DNA from: Eledone cirrhosa
Lineage: Eukaryota
Reading direction: 5' to 3'
DNA length: 64,000 nt
NCBI GenBank assembly: GCA_964016885.1
Contig: OZ024744.1
Coordinates: forward strand, 129,518,001 to 129,582,000
The notes under the pieces were generated by a model. That model did no database searches and had not been told where the DNA came from. It saw nothing but the letters and a program-made list of their open reading frames with translations. This document shows, piece after piece, positions 53,231-64,000 of the stretch; position 1 is the first letter of the stretch; each line of letters begins with the position of its first letter. The position numbers were made by a program, and so were the translations under genes.

Positions 53231-56200
53231 AGTTGGGGTTGAGTTAAGTTGGGGTTAAGTTAAGTTGGGGCTAAGTTAAGTTCGGGTTAAGTTAAGTTGG
53301 TGTTAAGTTAAGTTGGGGTTAAGTTAAGTTGGGGCTAAGTTAAGTTGGGTCTAAGTTAAGTTGGGGTTAAGTTAAGTTGGGGTTAAGTTAAGTTAGGGTT
53401 AATTTAAGTTGGGGTTATGTTAAGTTGGGGTTAAGTTAAGTTGGGGTTAAGTTAGGTTGGTGTTAAGTTAAGTTGGGGGTAAGTTAAGTTGGGGGTAAGT
53501 TAAGTTGGTGTTAAATTAAGTTGGGGTTAAGTTAAGTTGGGTTTAAGTTAAGTTGGGGCTAAGTTAAGTTAGGGCTAAGTTAAGTTGGGGCTGAGTTAAG
53601 TTGGGGTTAAATTAAGTTGGGGTTAAGTTAAGTTGGGGGTAAGATAAGTTGGGGTTAGTTAAGTTGCGGTTAAGTTAAGTTGGGGTTAAGTTAAGTTGGG
53701 GTTAAGTTGAGTTGGGGTAAAGTTAAGTTGGGGTTAAGTTAAGTTGGGGTTAATTTAAGTTGGGGTTAAGTTAAGTTGGGGTTAATTTAAGTTGGGGTTA
53801 ATTTAAGTTGGGGTTAAGTTAAGTTGGGGTTAAGTTAAGTTGGGGTTAAGTTAAGTTGGGGGTAAGTTAAGTTGGGGTTAAGTTAAGTTGGGGTTAAGTT
53901 GGGGTTAAGTTAAGTTAGGGTTAACTTAAGTTGGGGTTAAGTTAAGTGGTGGTTATGTTAAGTGGTGTTAAGTTGCGGTTAAGTTAAGTTGGGGATAAGT
54001 TAAGTTGGGGTTAAGTTAATTAGGGTTAAGTTAAGTTGGGGTTAAGTTAAGTTGGGGTTAAGTTAAGTTGCGGTTAAGTTAAGTTGGCGTTAAGTTAAGT
54101 TGGGGTTAAGTTAAGTTGGGATTAAGTTAAGTTGGGGTTAAGTTAAGTTGGGGTTAATTTAAGTTGGGGGTAAGTTAAGTTGGGGGTAAGTTAAGTTGGG
54201 GGTAAGTTAAGTTGGGTCTAATTAAGTTGGGGTTAAGTTAAGTTGGGGTTAAGTTAAGTTGGTGTTAAGTTAAGTTGGGGTTAAGTTAAGTTGGGGTTAG
54301 GTTAAGTTGGGGCTAAGTTAAGTTGGGGTTAAGTTAAGTTGGGGTTACGTTAAGTTGGGGGTAAGTTAAGTTGGTGGTAAGTTAAGTTGGGGGTAAGTTA
54401 AGATGGGGTTAAGTTAAGTTGGGGTTAATTTAATTTGGGGTTAAGTTAAGTTGGGGTTAAGTTAAGTTGGGGTTAAGTTAAGTTGGAGTTAAGTTAAGTT
54501 GGGGGTAAGTTAAGTTGGGGTTAAGTTAAGTTGGGGTTAAGATAAGTTGGGGTTAAGTTAAGTTGGGGTTGAGCTAAGTTGGGGTTGAGTTAATTTGGGG
54601 TTAAGTTAAGTTGGGGTTAAGTTAAGTTGGGTTTAAGTTAAGTTGGGGTTAAGTTAAGTTGGGGTTAAATTAAGTTGGGGTTAAGCTAAGTTGGGGTTAA
54701 GTTAAATTGAGGTTAAGTTAAGTTGGGGTTAATTTAAGTTGGGGTTAAGCTAAGTTGGGGTTAAGTTAAATTGAGGTTAAGTTAAGTTGGGGTTAAGTTA
54801 AGTTGGTGTTAATTTAAGTTGGGGCTAAGTAAAGTTGGGTTGAGTTAAGTTGGGGTTAAGTTAACTTTGGGTTAAGTTAAGTTGGGTTTGAGTTAAGTTG
54901 GGGTTAATTAAGTTGGGGTTAAGTTAAGTTGGGGTTAAGTTAAGTTGGGGTTAAGTTAAGTTGGGGTTAATTTAAGTTGCGGTTAAGTTAAGTTGAGGTT
55001 AAATTAAGTTGGGGTTAAGTTAAGTTGGGGTTAAGTTAAGTTGGGGCTAAGTTAAGTTGGGGCTAAGTTAAGTTGGGGCTTAGTTAAGTAGGGGTTAAGT
55101 TAAGTTGGGGTTAAGTTAAGTTGGGGTTAAGTTAAGTTGGGGCTAAGTAAAGTTGGGTTATGTTAAGTTGGGGTTAAGTTACATTGGGGTTAATTTGACT
55201 TTGTGGTTAAGTTAAGTTGGGGTTAATTTAAGTCGGGGTTAAGTTAAGTTGGGGTTAAGTTAAGTTGGGGTTAAGTTAAGTTGGGGTTAATTTAAGTTGC
55301 GGTTAAGTTAAGTTGAGGTTAAATTAAGTTGGGGTTAAGTTAAGTTGGGGTTAAGTTAAGTTGGGGCTAAGTTAAGTTGGGGCTAAGTTAAGTTGGGGCT
55401 TAGTTAAGTTGGGGTTAAGTTAAGTTGGGGTTAAGTTAAGGTGGGGTTTAGTTAAGTTGGGGTCAACTAAAGTTGGGGTTAAGTTAAGTTGGGGTTTATT
55501 TAAGTTGGGGTTCAGTTAATTTGGGGTTAAGTTAAGTTGGGGTTAAGTTGGGGTTAAATTAAGTTGGGGTTAAATTAAGTTGGGGTTAAGTTAAGTTGGG
55601 GTTAAGTTAAGTTGGGGTTAAGTTAAGTTGGGGTTAAGTTAAGTTGGGGTTAAGTTAAGTTGGGGGTAAGTTAAGTTGGTGGTAAGTTAAGTTGGTGTTA
55701 AGTTAAGTTGGGGTTAAGTTAAGTTGGGGTTAAGTTAAGTTGGGGCTGAGTTAAGTTAGGGCTAAGTTAAGTTGGAGTTAAGTAAAGTTAGGGCTAAGTT
55801 AAGTTGGGGTTAAGTTAAGTTGGGGTTAATTTAAGTTGGGGTTACATTAAGATGAGGTTAAGTTAAGTTGGTGTTAAGTTAAGTTGGGGTTAATTTAAGT
55901 TGGGGTTAATTAAATTGGGGGCAAGTTAAGTTGGGTCTAATTAAGTTGGGGTTAAGTTAAGTTGGGGTTAAGTTAAGTTGGGGTTAAGTTAAGTTGGGGT
56001 TAAGTTAAGTTGGGGTTAGGTTAAGTTGGGGCTAAGTTAAGTTGGGGTTAAGTTAAGTTGGGGTTACGTTAAGTTGGGGGTAAGTTAAGTTGGTGGTAAG
56101 TTAAGTTGGGGGTAAGTTAAGATGGGGTTAAGTTAAGTTGGGGTTAATTTAATTTGGGGTTAAGTTAAGTTGGGGTTAAGTTAAGTTGGGGTTAAGTTAA

Positions 56201-58149
56201 GTTGGAGTTAAGTTAAGTTGGGGGTAAGTTAAGTTGGGGTTAAGTTAAGTTGGGGTTAAGATAAGTTGGGGTTAAGTTAAGTTGGGGTTGAGCTAAGTTG
56301 GGGTTGAGTTAATTTGGGGTTAAGTTAAGTTGGGGTCAAGTTAAGTTGGGTTTAAGTTAAGTTGGGGTTGAGTTAAGTTGGGGTTAATTAAGTTGGGGTT
56401 AAGTTAAGTTGGGGTTAAGTTAAGTTGGGGTTAAGTTAAGTTGGGGTTAATTTAAGTTGCGGTTAAGTTAAGTTGAGGTTAAATTAAGTTGGGGTTAAGT
56501 TAAGTTGGGGTTAAGTTAAGTTGGGGCTAAGTTAAGTTGGGGCTAAGTTAAGTTGGGGCTTAGTTAAGTAGGGGTTAAGTTAAGTTGGTGTTAAGTTAAG
56601 TTGGGGTTAATTTAAGTTGGGGCTAAGTAAAGTTGGGTTATGTTAAGTTGGGGTTAAGTTAAATTGGGGTTAATTTAACTTTGTGGTTAAGTTAAGTTGG
56701 GGTTAATTTAAGTTGGGGTTAAGTTAAGTTGGGGTTAAGTTAAGTTGGGGTTAAGTTAAGTTGGGGTTAATTTAAGTTGCGGTTAAGTTAAGTTGAGGTT
56801 AAATTAAGTTGGGGTTAAGTTAAGTTGGGGTTAAGTTAAGTTGGGGCTAAGTTAAGTTGGGGCTAAGTTAAGTTGGGGCTTAGTTAAGTTGGGGTTAAGT
56901 TAAGTTGGGGTTAAGTTAAGGTGGGGTTTAGTTAAGTTGGGGTCAACTAAAGTTGGGGTTAAGTTAAGTTGGGGTTTATTTAAGTTGGGGTTCAGTTAAT
57001 TTGGGGTTAAGTTAAGTTTGGGTTAAGTTGGGGTTAAATTAAGTTGGGGTTAAGTTAAGTTGGGGTTAAGTTAAGTTGGGGTTAAGTTAAGTTGGGGTTA
57101 AGTTAAGTTGGGGTTAAGTTAAGTTGGGGGTAAGTTAAGTTGGGGGTAAGTTAAGTTGGTGTTAAGTTAAGTTGGGGTTAAGTTAAGTTGGGGTTAAGTT
57201 AAGTTGGGTTTAAGTTAAGTTGGGGCTGAGTTAAGTTAGGGCTAAGTTAAGTTGGAGTTAAGTAAAGTTAGGGCTAAGTTAAGTTGGGGTTAAGTTAAGT
57301 TGGGGTTAATTTAAGTTGGGGTTACATTAAGATGAGTTTAAGTTAAGTTGGTGTTAAGTTAAGTTGGGGTTAATTTAAGTTGGGGTTAATTAAGTTGGGG
57401 TTAAGTTAAGTTGGGGTTAAGTTAAGTTGGGGTTAATTTCAGTTGGGGTTGAGTTAAGTTGGGGTTAAGTTTAGTTGGGGTTAAGTTAAGTTGGGGTTGA
57501 GTTAAGTTGGGGTTAAGTTAAGTTGGGGTTAAGTTAAATTGGGGTTAAGTTAAGTTGCGGTTAAGTTAAGTTTGGGTTAAGTTAAGTTGGGGTTAAGTTA
57601 ATTAGGGTTAAGTGAAGTTGGGGTTAAGTTAAGTTGGGGTTAAGTTAAGTTGCGGTTAAGTTAAGTTGGCGTTAAGTTAAGTTGGGGTTAAGTTAAGTTG
57701 GGATTAAGTTAAGTTGGGGTTAAGTTAAGTTGGGGTTAACTTAAGTTGGGGTTAAGTTAGATTGTTGTTAAGTTAAGTTGGGGTTAAGTTAAGTTGGGGT
57801 TAAGTTAAGTTGGGGTTAATTTAAGTTGGGGTTAAGTTAAGTCGGGGTTAAGTTGAGTTGGGGATAGGTTAAGTTGGGATTAAGTTAAGTTGGGGTTAAG
57901 TTAAGTTGGGGTTAAGATAAGTTGCGGTTAAGTTAAGTTGGGGTTGAGTTAAGTTGGGGTTGAGTTAATTTGGGGTTAACTTCAGTTGGGGTTAACTTAA
58001 GTCGGGATTAAGTTAAGTGGGGGTTAAGTTAAGTTGGGGTTAAATTAAGTTCGGGTTAAGTTAAGTTGGGGTTAAGTTAAGTTGGGGTTAAGTTAGGTTG
58101 GGGTTAAGTTAAGTTGGGGGTAAGTTAAGTTGGGGGTAAGTTCAGTTGG

Positions 58150-61100
58150 GGTTAAGTTAAGTTGGGGTTGAGTTAAGTTGGGGCTAAGTTAAGTTAGGGT
58201 TATGTTAAGTTGGGGTTAATTTAAGTTGGGGTTAAGTTAAGTTGGGGTTCAATTAAGTTGCGGTTAATTTAAGTTGGGGTTAAGTTAAGTTGGGGTTAAG
58301 TTAAGTTAGGGTTAAGTTAAGTTGGGGTTAAGTTAAGTTGGGGTTAAATTAAGTTGGGGTTAAGTTAAGTTGGGGTTAAGTTAAGTTGGGGTTAAGTTAA
58401 GTAGGGGTTAAGTTAAGTTGGGGTTAAGTTAAGTTGGGGTTAAGTTAAGTTGGGGTTAAGTTAAATTGTGGTTAAGTTAAGTTGGGGTTAAGTTAAGTTG
58501 GGGTTAAGTTCAGTCGGGGTTAAGTTAAGTCGGGGTTAAGTTAAGTTGGGGTTGAGTTAAGTTGGGGTTAAGTTAAGTTGGGGTTAAGATAAGTTGGGGT
58601 TAAGTTAAGTTGGGGTTGAGTTAAGTTGGGGTTGAGTTAATTTGGGGTTAAGTTAAGTTGGAGTTAACTTAAGTTGGGTTTAAGTTAAGTTGGGGTTAAG
58701 TTAAGTTGGGGTTAAATTAAGTTGGGGTTAAGTTAAGTTGGGGATAAGATAAGTTGGGGTTAGTTAAGTTGCGGTTAAGTTAAGTTGGGGTTAAGTTAAG
58801 TTGGGGTTAAGTTAAGTTGGGGTAAAGTTAAGTTGGGGGTAAGTTAAGTTGGGGGTAAGTTAAGTTGGGGGTAAGTTAAGTTGGGGTTAATTTAAGTTAG
58901 GTCTAATTAAGTTGGGGTTAAGTTAAGTTGGGGTTAAATTAAGTTGGGGTTAAGTTAAGTTGGGGTTAAGTTAAGTTGGGGTTAAGTTAAGTTGCGGTTA
59001 AGTTAAGTTGAGGTTAAGTTAAGTAGGGGTTAAATTATGTTGGGGTTAAGTTAAGTTCGGGTTAAGTTAAGTTGGGGTTTAGTTAAGTTGGGGTTAAGTT
59101 AAGTTGGGGGTAAGTTAAGTTTGGGGTAAGTTAAGTTGGGGTTAAGTTAAGTTGGGTTTAAGTTAAGTTTGGGTTAAGTTAAGTTGGGGTTAAGTTAAGT
59201 TGGGGTTAAGTTAAGTTGGGGTTAAGTTAAGTAGGGGTTAAGTTAAGTTGGGGTTAAGTTAAGCTGGGGCTAAGTTAAGTTGGGGCTAAGTTAAGTTGGA
59301 GCTAAGTTAAGTTGGGGTTAAGTTAACTTTGGGTTAAGTTAATTTGGGTTTGAGTTAAGTTGGGGTTAATTAAGTTGGGGTTAAGTTAAGTTGGGGTTAA
59401 GTTAAGTTGGGGTTAAGTTAAGTTGGGGTTAAGTTAAGTTGCGGTTAAGTTAAGTTGATGTTAAGTTAATTTGGGGTTAAGTTAAGTTGGGGTTAAGTTA
59501 AGTTGGGGTTAAGTTAAGTTGGGGTTAAGTTAAGGTGGGGTTAAGTTAAGTTGGGGTCAACTTAAGTTGGGGTTAAGTTAAGTTGGGGTTAACTTAAGTT
59601 GGGGTTAAGTTAAGTTGGGGTTAATTTAAGTTGAGGTTAAGTTAAGTTGGTGTTAAGTTAAGTTGGGGCTAAGTTAAGTTGGGGCTGAGTTAAGTTGGGG
59701 CTGAGTTAAGTTGGAGTTAAGTTAAGTTGGGGTTGAGTTAAGTTGCGGTTAAGTTAAGTTGGGGTTAAGTTAAGTTGGGGTTAAGTTAAGTTGGGGTTTA
59801 TTTAAGTTGGGGTTCAGTTAATTTGGGGTTAAATTAAGTTGGGGTTAAGCTAAGTTGGGGTTAAGTTAAGTTGGGGTTAATTTAAGTTGGGGTTAAATTA
59901 AGTTGGGGTTAAGCTAAGTTGGGGTTAAGTTAAGTTGGGGTTAATTTAAGTTGGGGTTAAGTTAAGTTGCGGGTAATTTAAGTCGGGGTTAAGTTAAGTT
60001 GGGGTTAAGTTAAGTTGGGGTTAAGTTAAGGTGGGGTTTAGTTAAGTTGGGGTTAAGTTAAGTTGGGGGTAAGTTAAGTTGGGGGTAAGTTAAGTTGAGG
60101 TTAAGTTAAGTTGGGGTTAAATTAAGTTAGGGTTAAGTTAAGTTGGGGTTGAGTTAAGTTGGGGTTAAGTTAAGTTGGGGTTATGTTAAGTTGGGGTTAA
60201 GTTAAGTTGGGGTTAAGTTAAGTTGGGGTTAAGTTAAGTTGCGGTTAAGTTAAGTTGGGGTTAAATTAAGTTGGGGTTAAGTTAAGTTGGGATTAAGTTA
60301 AGTTGGGGTTAAGTTAAGTTGGGGTTAAGTTAAGTTGGGGTTAAGTTAGATTGTTGTTAAGTTAAGTTGGGGTTAAGTTAAGTTGGGGTTAAGTTAAGTT
60401 GGGGTTAATTTAAGTTGGGGTTAAGTTAAGTCGTGGTTAAGTTGAGTTGGGGTTAAGTTAAGTTGGGGTTAAGTTAAGTTGGGGTTAATTTAAGTTGGGG
60501 TTAAGATAAGTTGGGGTTAAGTTAAGTTGGGGTTAAATTAAGTTCGGGTTAAGTTAATTTGGGGTTGACTTAAGTTGGGGTTAACTTAAGTTGGGATTAA
60601 ATTAAGTTGGGGTTAAGTTAAGTTGGGGTTAAATTAAGTTCGGGTTAAGTTAAGTTGGGGTTAAGTTAAGTTGGGGTTAAGTTAAGTTGGGGTTAAGTTA
60701 AGTTGGGGTTAAGTTAGGTTGGGGTTAAGTTAAGTTGGGGGTAAGTTAAGTTGGGGTTAAGTTAAGTTGGGGTTAAGTTAGGTTGGGGTTAAGTTAAGTT
60801 GGGGGTAAGTTAAGTTGGGGGTAAGTTAAGTTGGGGTTAATTTAAGTTGGGTCGAATTAAGTTGGTGTTAAGTTAAGTTGGGGTTAAGTTAAGTTGGGGT
60901 TAAGTTAAGTTGGGGTTAAGTTAAGTTGGGGTTAAGTTAAGATGGGGTTTAGTTAAGTTGGGGTTAAGTTAAGTTGGGGTTAAGTTAAGTTGGGGTTACG
61001 TTAAGTTGGGGGTAAGTTAAGTTGGTGGTAAGTTAAGTTGGGGGTAAGTTAAGATGGGGTTAAGTTAAGTTGGGGTTAATTTAATTTGGGGTTAAGTTAG

Positions 61101-64000
61101 GGTTAAGTTAAGTTGGGGTTGAGTTAAGTCGGGGTTAAGTTAAGTTGGGGTTATGTTAAGTTGGGGTTAAGTTAAGTTGGGGTTAAGTTAAGTTGGGGTT
61201 CAATTAAGTTGCGGTTAATTTAAGTTGGGGTTAAGTTAAGTTGGGGTTAAGTTAAGTTGGGGTTAAGTTAAGTTGGGGTTAAATTAAGTTGGGGTTAAAT
61301 TAAGTTGGGGTTAAGTTAAGTTGGGGTTAAGTTAAGTTGGGGTTAAGTTAAGTTGGGGTTAAGTTAGGTTGGTGTTAAGTTAAGTTGGGGGTAAGTTAAG
61401 TTGGGGGTAAGTTAAGTTGGTGTTAAGTTAAGTTGGGGTTAAGTTAAGTTGGGGTTAAATTAAGTTGGGTTTAAGTTAAGTTGGGGCTAAGTTAAGTTAG
61501 GGCTAAGTTAAGTTGGGGTTAAGTAAAGTTAGGGCTAAGTTAAGTTGGGTTAAGTTAAGTTGGGGTTAATTTAAGTTGGGGTTACATTAAGTTGAGGTTA
61601 AGTTAAGTTGGTGTTAAGTTAAGTTGGGGTTAATTTAAGTTGGGGTTAATTAAGTTGGGGTTAAGTTAAGTTGGGGTTAAGTTAAGTTGGGGTTAATTTC
61701 AGTTGGGGTTGAGTTAAGTTGGGGTTAAGTTTAGTTGGGGTTAATTTAAGTTGGGGTTGAGTTAAGTTGGGGTTAAGTTAAGTTGGGGTTAAGTTAAGTT
61801 CGGGTTAAGTTAAGTTGGTGTTAAGTTAAGTTAGGGTTAAGTTAAGTTGGGGCTAAGTTAAGTTGGGTCTAAGTTAAGTTGGGGTTAAGTTAAGTTAGGG
61901 TTAATTTAAGTTGGGGTTATGTTAAGTTGGGGTTAAGTTAAGTTGGGGTTAAGTTAGGTTGGTGTTAAGTTAAGTTGGGGGTAAGTTAAGTTGGGGGTAA
62001 GTTAAGTTGGTGTTAAGTTAAGTTGGGTTTAAGTTAAGTTGGGGCTAAGTTAAGTTAGGGCTAAGTTAAGTTGGGGCTGAGTTAAGTTGGGGTTAAGTTA
62101 AGTTGGGGTTGAGTTAAGTTGGGGTTAAGTTAAGTTGGGGTTAAGTTAAGTTGGGGTTAAGTTAAGTTGGGGCTAAGTTAAGTTGGGGTTTAGTTAAGTT
62201 GGGGTTAAGTTAAGGTGGGGTTAAGTTAAGTTGGGGTCAACTAAAGTTGGGGTTAAGTTAAGTTGGGGTTAACTTAAGTTGGGGTTGAGTTAAGTTGGGG
62301 CTAAGTTAAGTTAGGGTTATGTTAAGTTGGGGTTAATTTAAGTTGGGGTTAAGTTAAGTTGGGGTTCAATTAAGTTGCGGTTAATTTAAGTTGGGGTTAA
62401 GTTAAGTTGGGGTTAAGTTAAGTTAGGGTTAAGTTAAGTTGGGGTTAAGTTAAGTTGGGGTTAAATTAAGTTGGGGTTAAGTTAAGTTGGGGTTAAGTTA
62501 AGTTGGGGTTAAGTTAAGTAGGGGTTAAGTTAAGTTGAGGTTAAGTTAAGTTGGGGTTAAGTTAAGTTGGGGTTAAGTTAAATTGTGGTTAAGTTAAGTT
62601 GGGGTTAAGTTAAGTTGGGGTTAAGTTCAGTCGGGGTTAAGTTAAGTCGGGGTTAAGTTAAGTTGGGGTTGAGTTAAGTTGGGGTTAAGTTAAGTTGGGG
62701 TTAAGATAAGTTGGGGTTAAGTTAAGTTGGGGTTGAGTTAAGTTGGGGTTGAGTTAATTTGGGGTTAAGTTAAGTTGGAGTTAACTTAAGTTGGGTTTAA
62801 GTTAAGTTGGGGTTAAGTTAAGTTGGGGTTAAATTAAGTTGGGGTTAAGTTAAGTTGGGGGTAAGATAAGTTGGGGTTAGTTAAGTTGCGGTTAAGTTAA
62901 GTTGGGGTTAAGTTAAGTTGGGGTTAAGTTAAGTTGGGGTAAAGTTAAGTTGGGGGTAAGTTAAGTTGGGGGTAAGTTAAGTTGGGGGTAAGTTAAGTTG
63001 GGGTTAATTTAAGTTAGGTCTAATTAAGTTGGGGTTAAGTTAAGTTGGGGTTAAATTAAGTTGGGGTTAAGTTAAGTTGGGGTTAAGTTAAGTTGGGGTT
63101 AAGTTAAGTTGCGGTTAAGTTAAGTTGAGGTTAAGTTAAGTAGGGGTTAAATTATGTTGGGGTTAAGTTAAGTTCGGGTTAAGTTAAGTTGGGGTTTAGT
63201 TAAGTTGGGGTTAAGTTAAGTTGGGGGTAAGTTAAGTTGGGGGTAAGTTAAGTTGGGGTTAAGTTAAGTTGGGTTTAAGTTAAGTTTGGGTTAAGTTAAG
63301 TTGGAGTTAAGTTAAGTTGGGGTTAAGTTAAGTTGGGGTTAAGTTAAGTAGGGGTTAAGTTAAGTTGGGGTTAAGTTAAGCTGGGGCTAAGTTAAGTTGG
63401 GGCTAAGTTAAGTTGGGGCTAAGTTAAGTTGGGGTTAAGTTAACTTTGGGTTAAGTTAATTTGGGTTTGAGTTAAGTTGGGGTTAATTAAGTTGGGGTTA
63501 AGTTAAGTTGGGGTTAAGTTAAGTTGGGGTTAAGTTAAGTTGGGGTTAAGTTAAGTTGCGGTTAAGTTAAGTTGATGTTAAGTTAATTTGGGGTTAAGTT
63601 AAGTTGGGGTTAAGTTAAGTTGGGGTTAAGTTAAGTTGGGGTTAAGTTAGGTGGGGTTAAGTTAAGTTGGGGTCAACTTAAGTTGGGGTTAAGTTAAGTT
63701 GGGGTTAACTTAAGTTGGGGTTAAGTTAAGTTGGGGTTAATTTAAGTTGAGGTTAAGTTAAGTTGGTGTTAAGTTAAGTTGGGGCTAAGTTAAGTTGGGG
63801 CTGAGTTAAGTTGGGGCTGAGTTAAGTTGGAGTTAAGTTAAGTTGGGGTTGAGTTAAGTTGCGGTTAAGTTAAGTTGGGGTTAAGTTAAGTTGGGGTTAA
63901 GTTAAGTTGGGGTTTATTTAAGTTGGGGTTCAGTTAATTTGGGGTTAAATTAAGTTGGGGTTAAGCTAAGTTGGGGTTAAGTTAAGTTGGGGTTAATTTA
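58150..64000 (+). repeat. Block duplication with 4117-bp offset (about 58150-59880 repeated at about 62270-64000)
   Basis: AAATTGTGG at 58463/62580, AGGTCTAATT at 58899/63016 and AAGCTGGGGC at 59261/63378 are all offset by 4117. Confidence 0.85.

Larger units (their letters stand above)
1..64000 (+). repeat. Tandem satellite array, 16-bp monomer TTAAGTTAAGTTGGGG, about 4000 copies, extends past both window edges
   Basis: The monomer is visible from base 1 (ttaagttaagttgggg) to the end, with scattered substitutions and occasional 11-, 15-, 17- and 21-bp monomers. No intervening unique DNA and no orientation switch were seen. Confidence 0.99.

Noticed and set aside
1-64000. Protein-coding sequence
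   Set aside because: TTAA places TAA on both strands twice per monomer, and the 16-bp period cycles it through every frame, so all six frames close within tens of bases in the standard code.
1-64000. Giant repetitive ORF under a TAA/TAG=Gln (ciliate-type) code (consensus would read LSQVGVKLSWGQVKLG on + or PQLNLTPTQLNPNLTQ on -)
   Set aside because: The monomer is not a multiple of three, and indels of 1, 5 and 16 bp are tolerated freely. TGA variants are common on the + strand, there is no codon-position pattern of variation, and there is no evidence for such a host code.
1-64000. CRISPR array
   Set aside because: There are no unique spacers between repeats, the period is only 16 bp, and no cas genes are present.
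1-64000. Freshly telomerase-synthesised tract
   Set aside because: Variants are inherited in multi-kb ordered blocks, which a short RNA template cannot produce. Only a telomere-derived or recombination-maintained origin remains possible.
1-64000. piggyBac-type or other transposon insertions at the abundant TTAA sites
   Set aside because: No non-satellite insert, terminal inverted repeat or target-site-flanked sequence was seen anywhere.
1-64000. Promoter or transcription-factor sites (e.g. TTAAGT homeodomain-like cores)
   Set aside because: Short motif matches are inevitable in this repeat, and there is no gene or independent evidence to support function.
1-64000. Pure sequencing noise or artefactual low-complexity contig
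   Set aside because: The same complex variants recur in the same order at exact offsets, with a few private differences between copies, which random error would not generate. Exact copy numbers still need read-level confirmation.

Overview
The whole 64-kb window is one uninterrupted, single-orientation tandem satellite. Its 16-bp consensus is TTAAGTTAAGTTGGGG, i.e. (TTAAG)2-TTGGGG, in roughly 4000 copies. The + strand is G/T-rich and almost free of C. I see no genes, RNA genes, transposons, CRISPR spacers or unique sequence, and TAA stops close all six frames in the standard code. The information lies in the variant monomers, which recur in fixed order and reveal a layered higher-order repeat (HOR) structure. 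This includes irregular 2.3-3.6 kb units on the left, a ~5.8-kb tandem duplication (~17.2-29.7 kb), a 1262-bp tandem duplication, a homogeneous 3210-bp HOR (~39.8-53.2 kb), a 4117-bp-offset duplication at the right end, and a block copied ~37.9 kb away. The monomer is telomere-like: it contains a TTGGGG module and its 11-bp form is one base from TTAGGTTGGGG. The most interesting hypothesis is therefore a telomere-derived or recombination-maintained terminal/subtelomeric or centromeric array. Host and chromosomal position cannot be determined from this window. Marker coordinates were read by eye and block boundaries are approximate.
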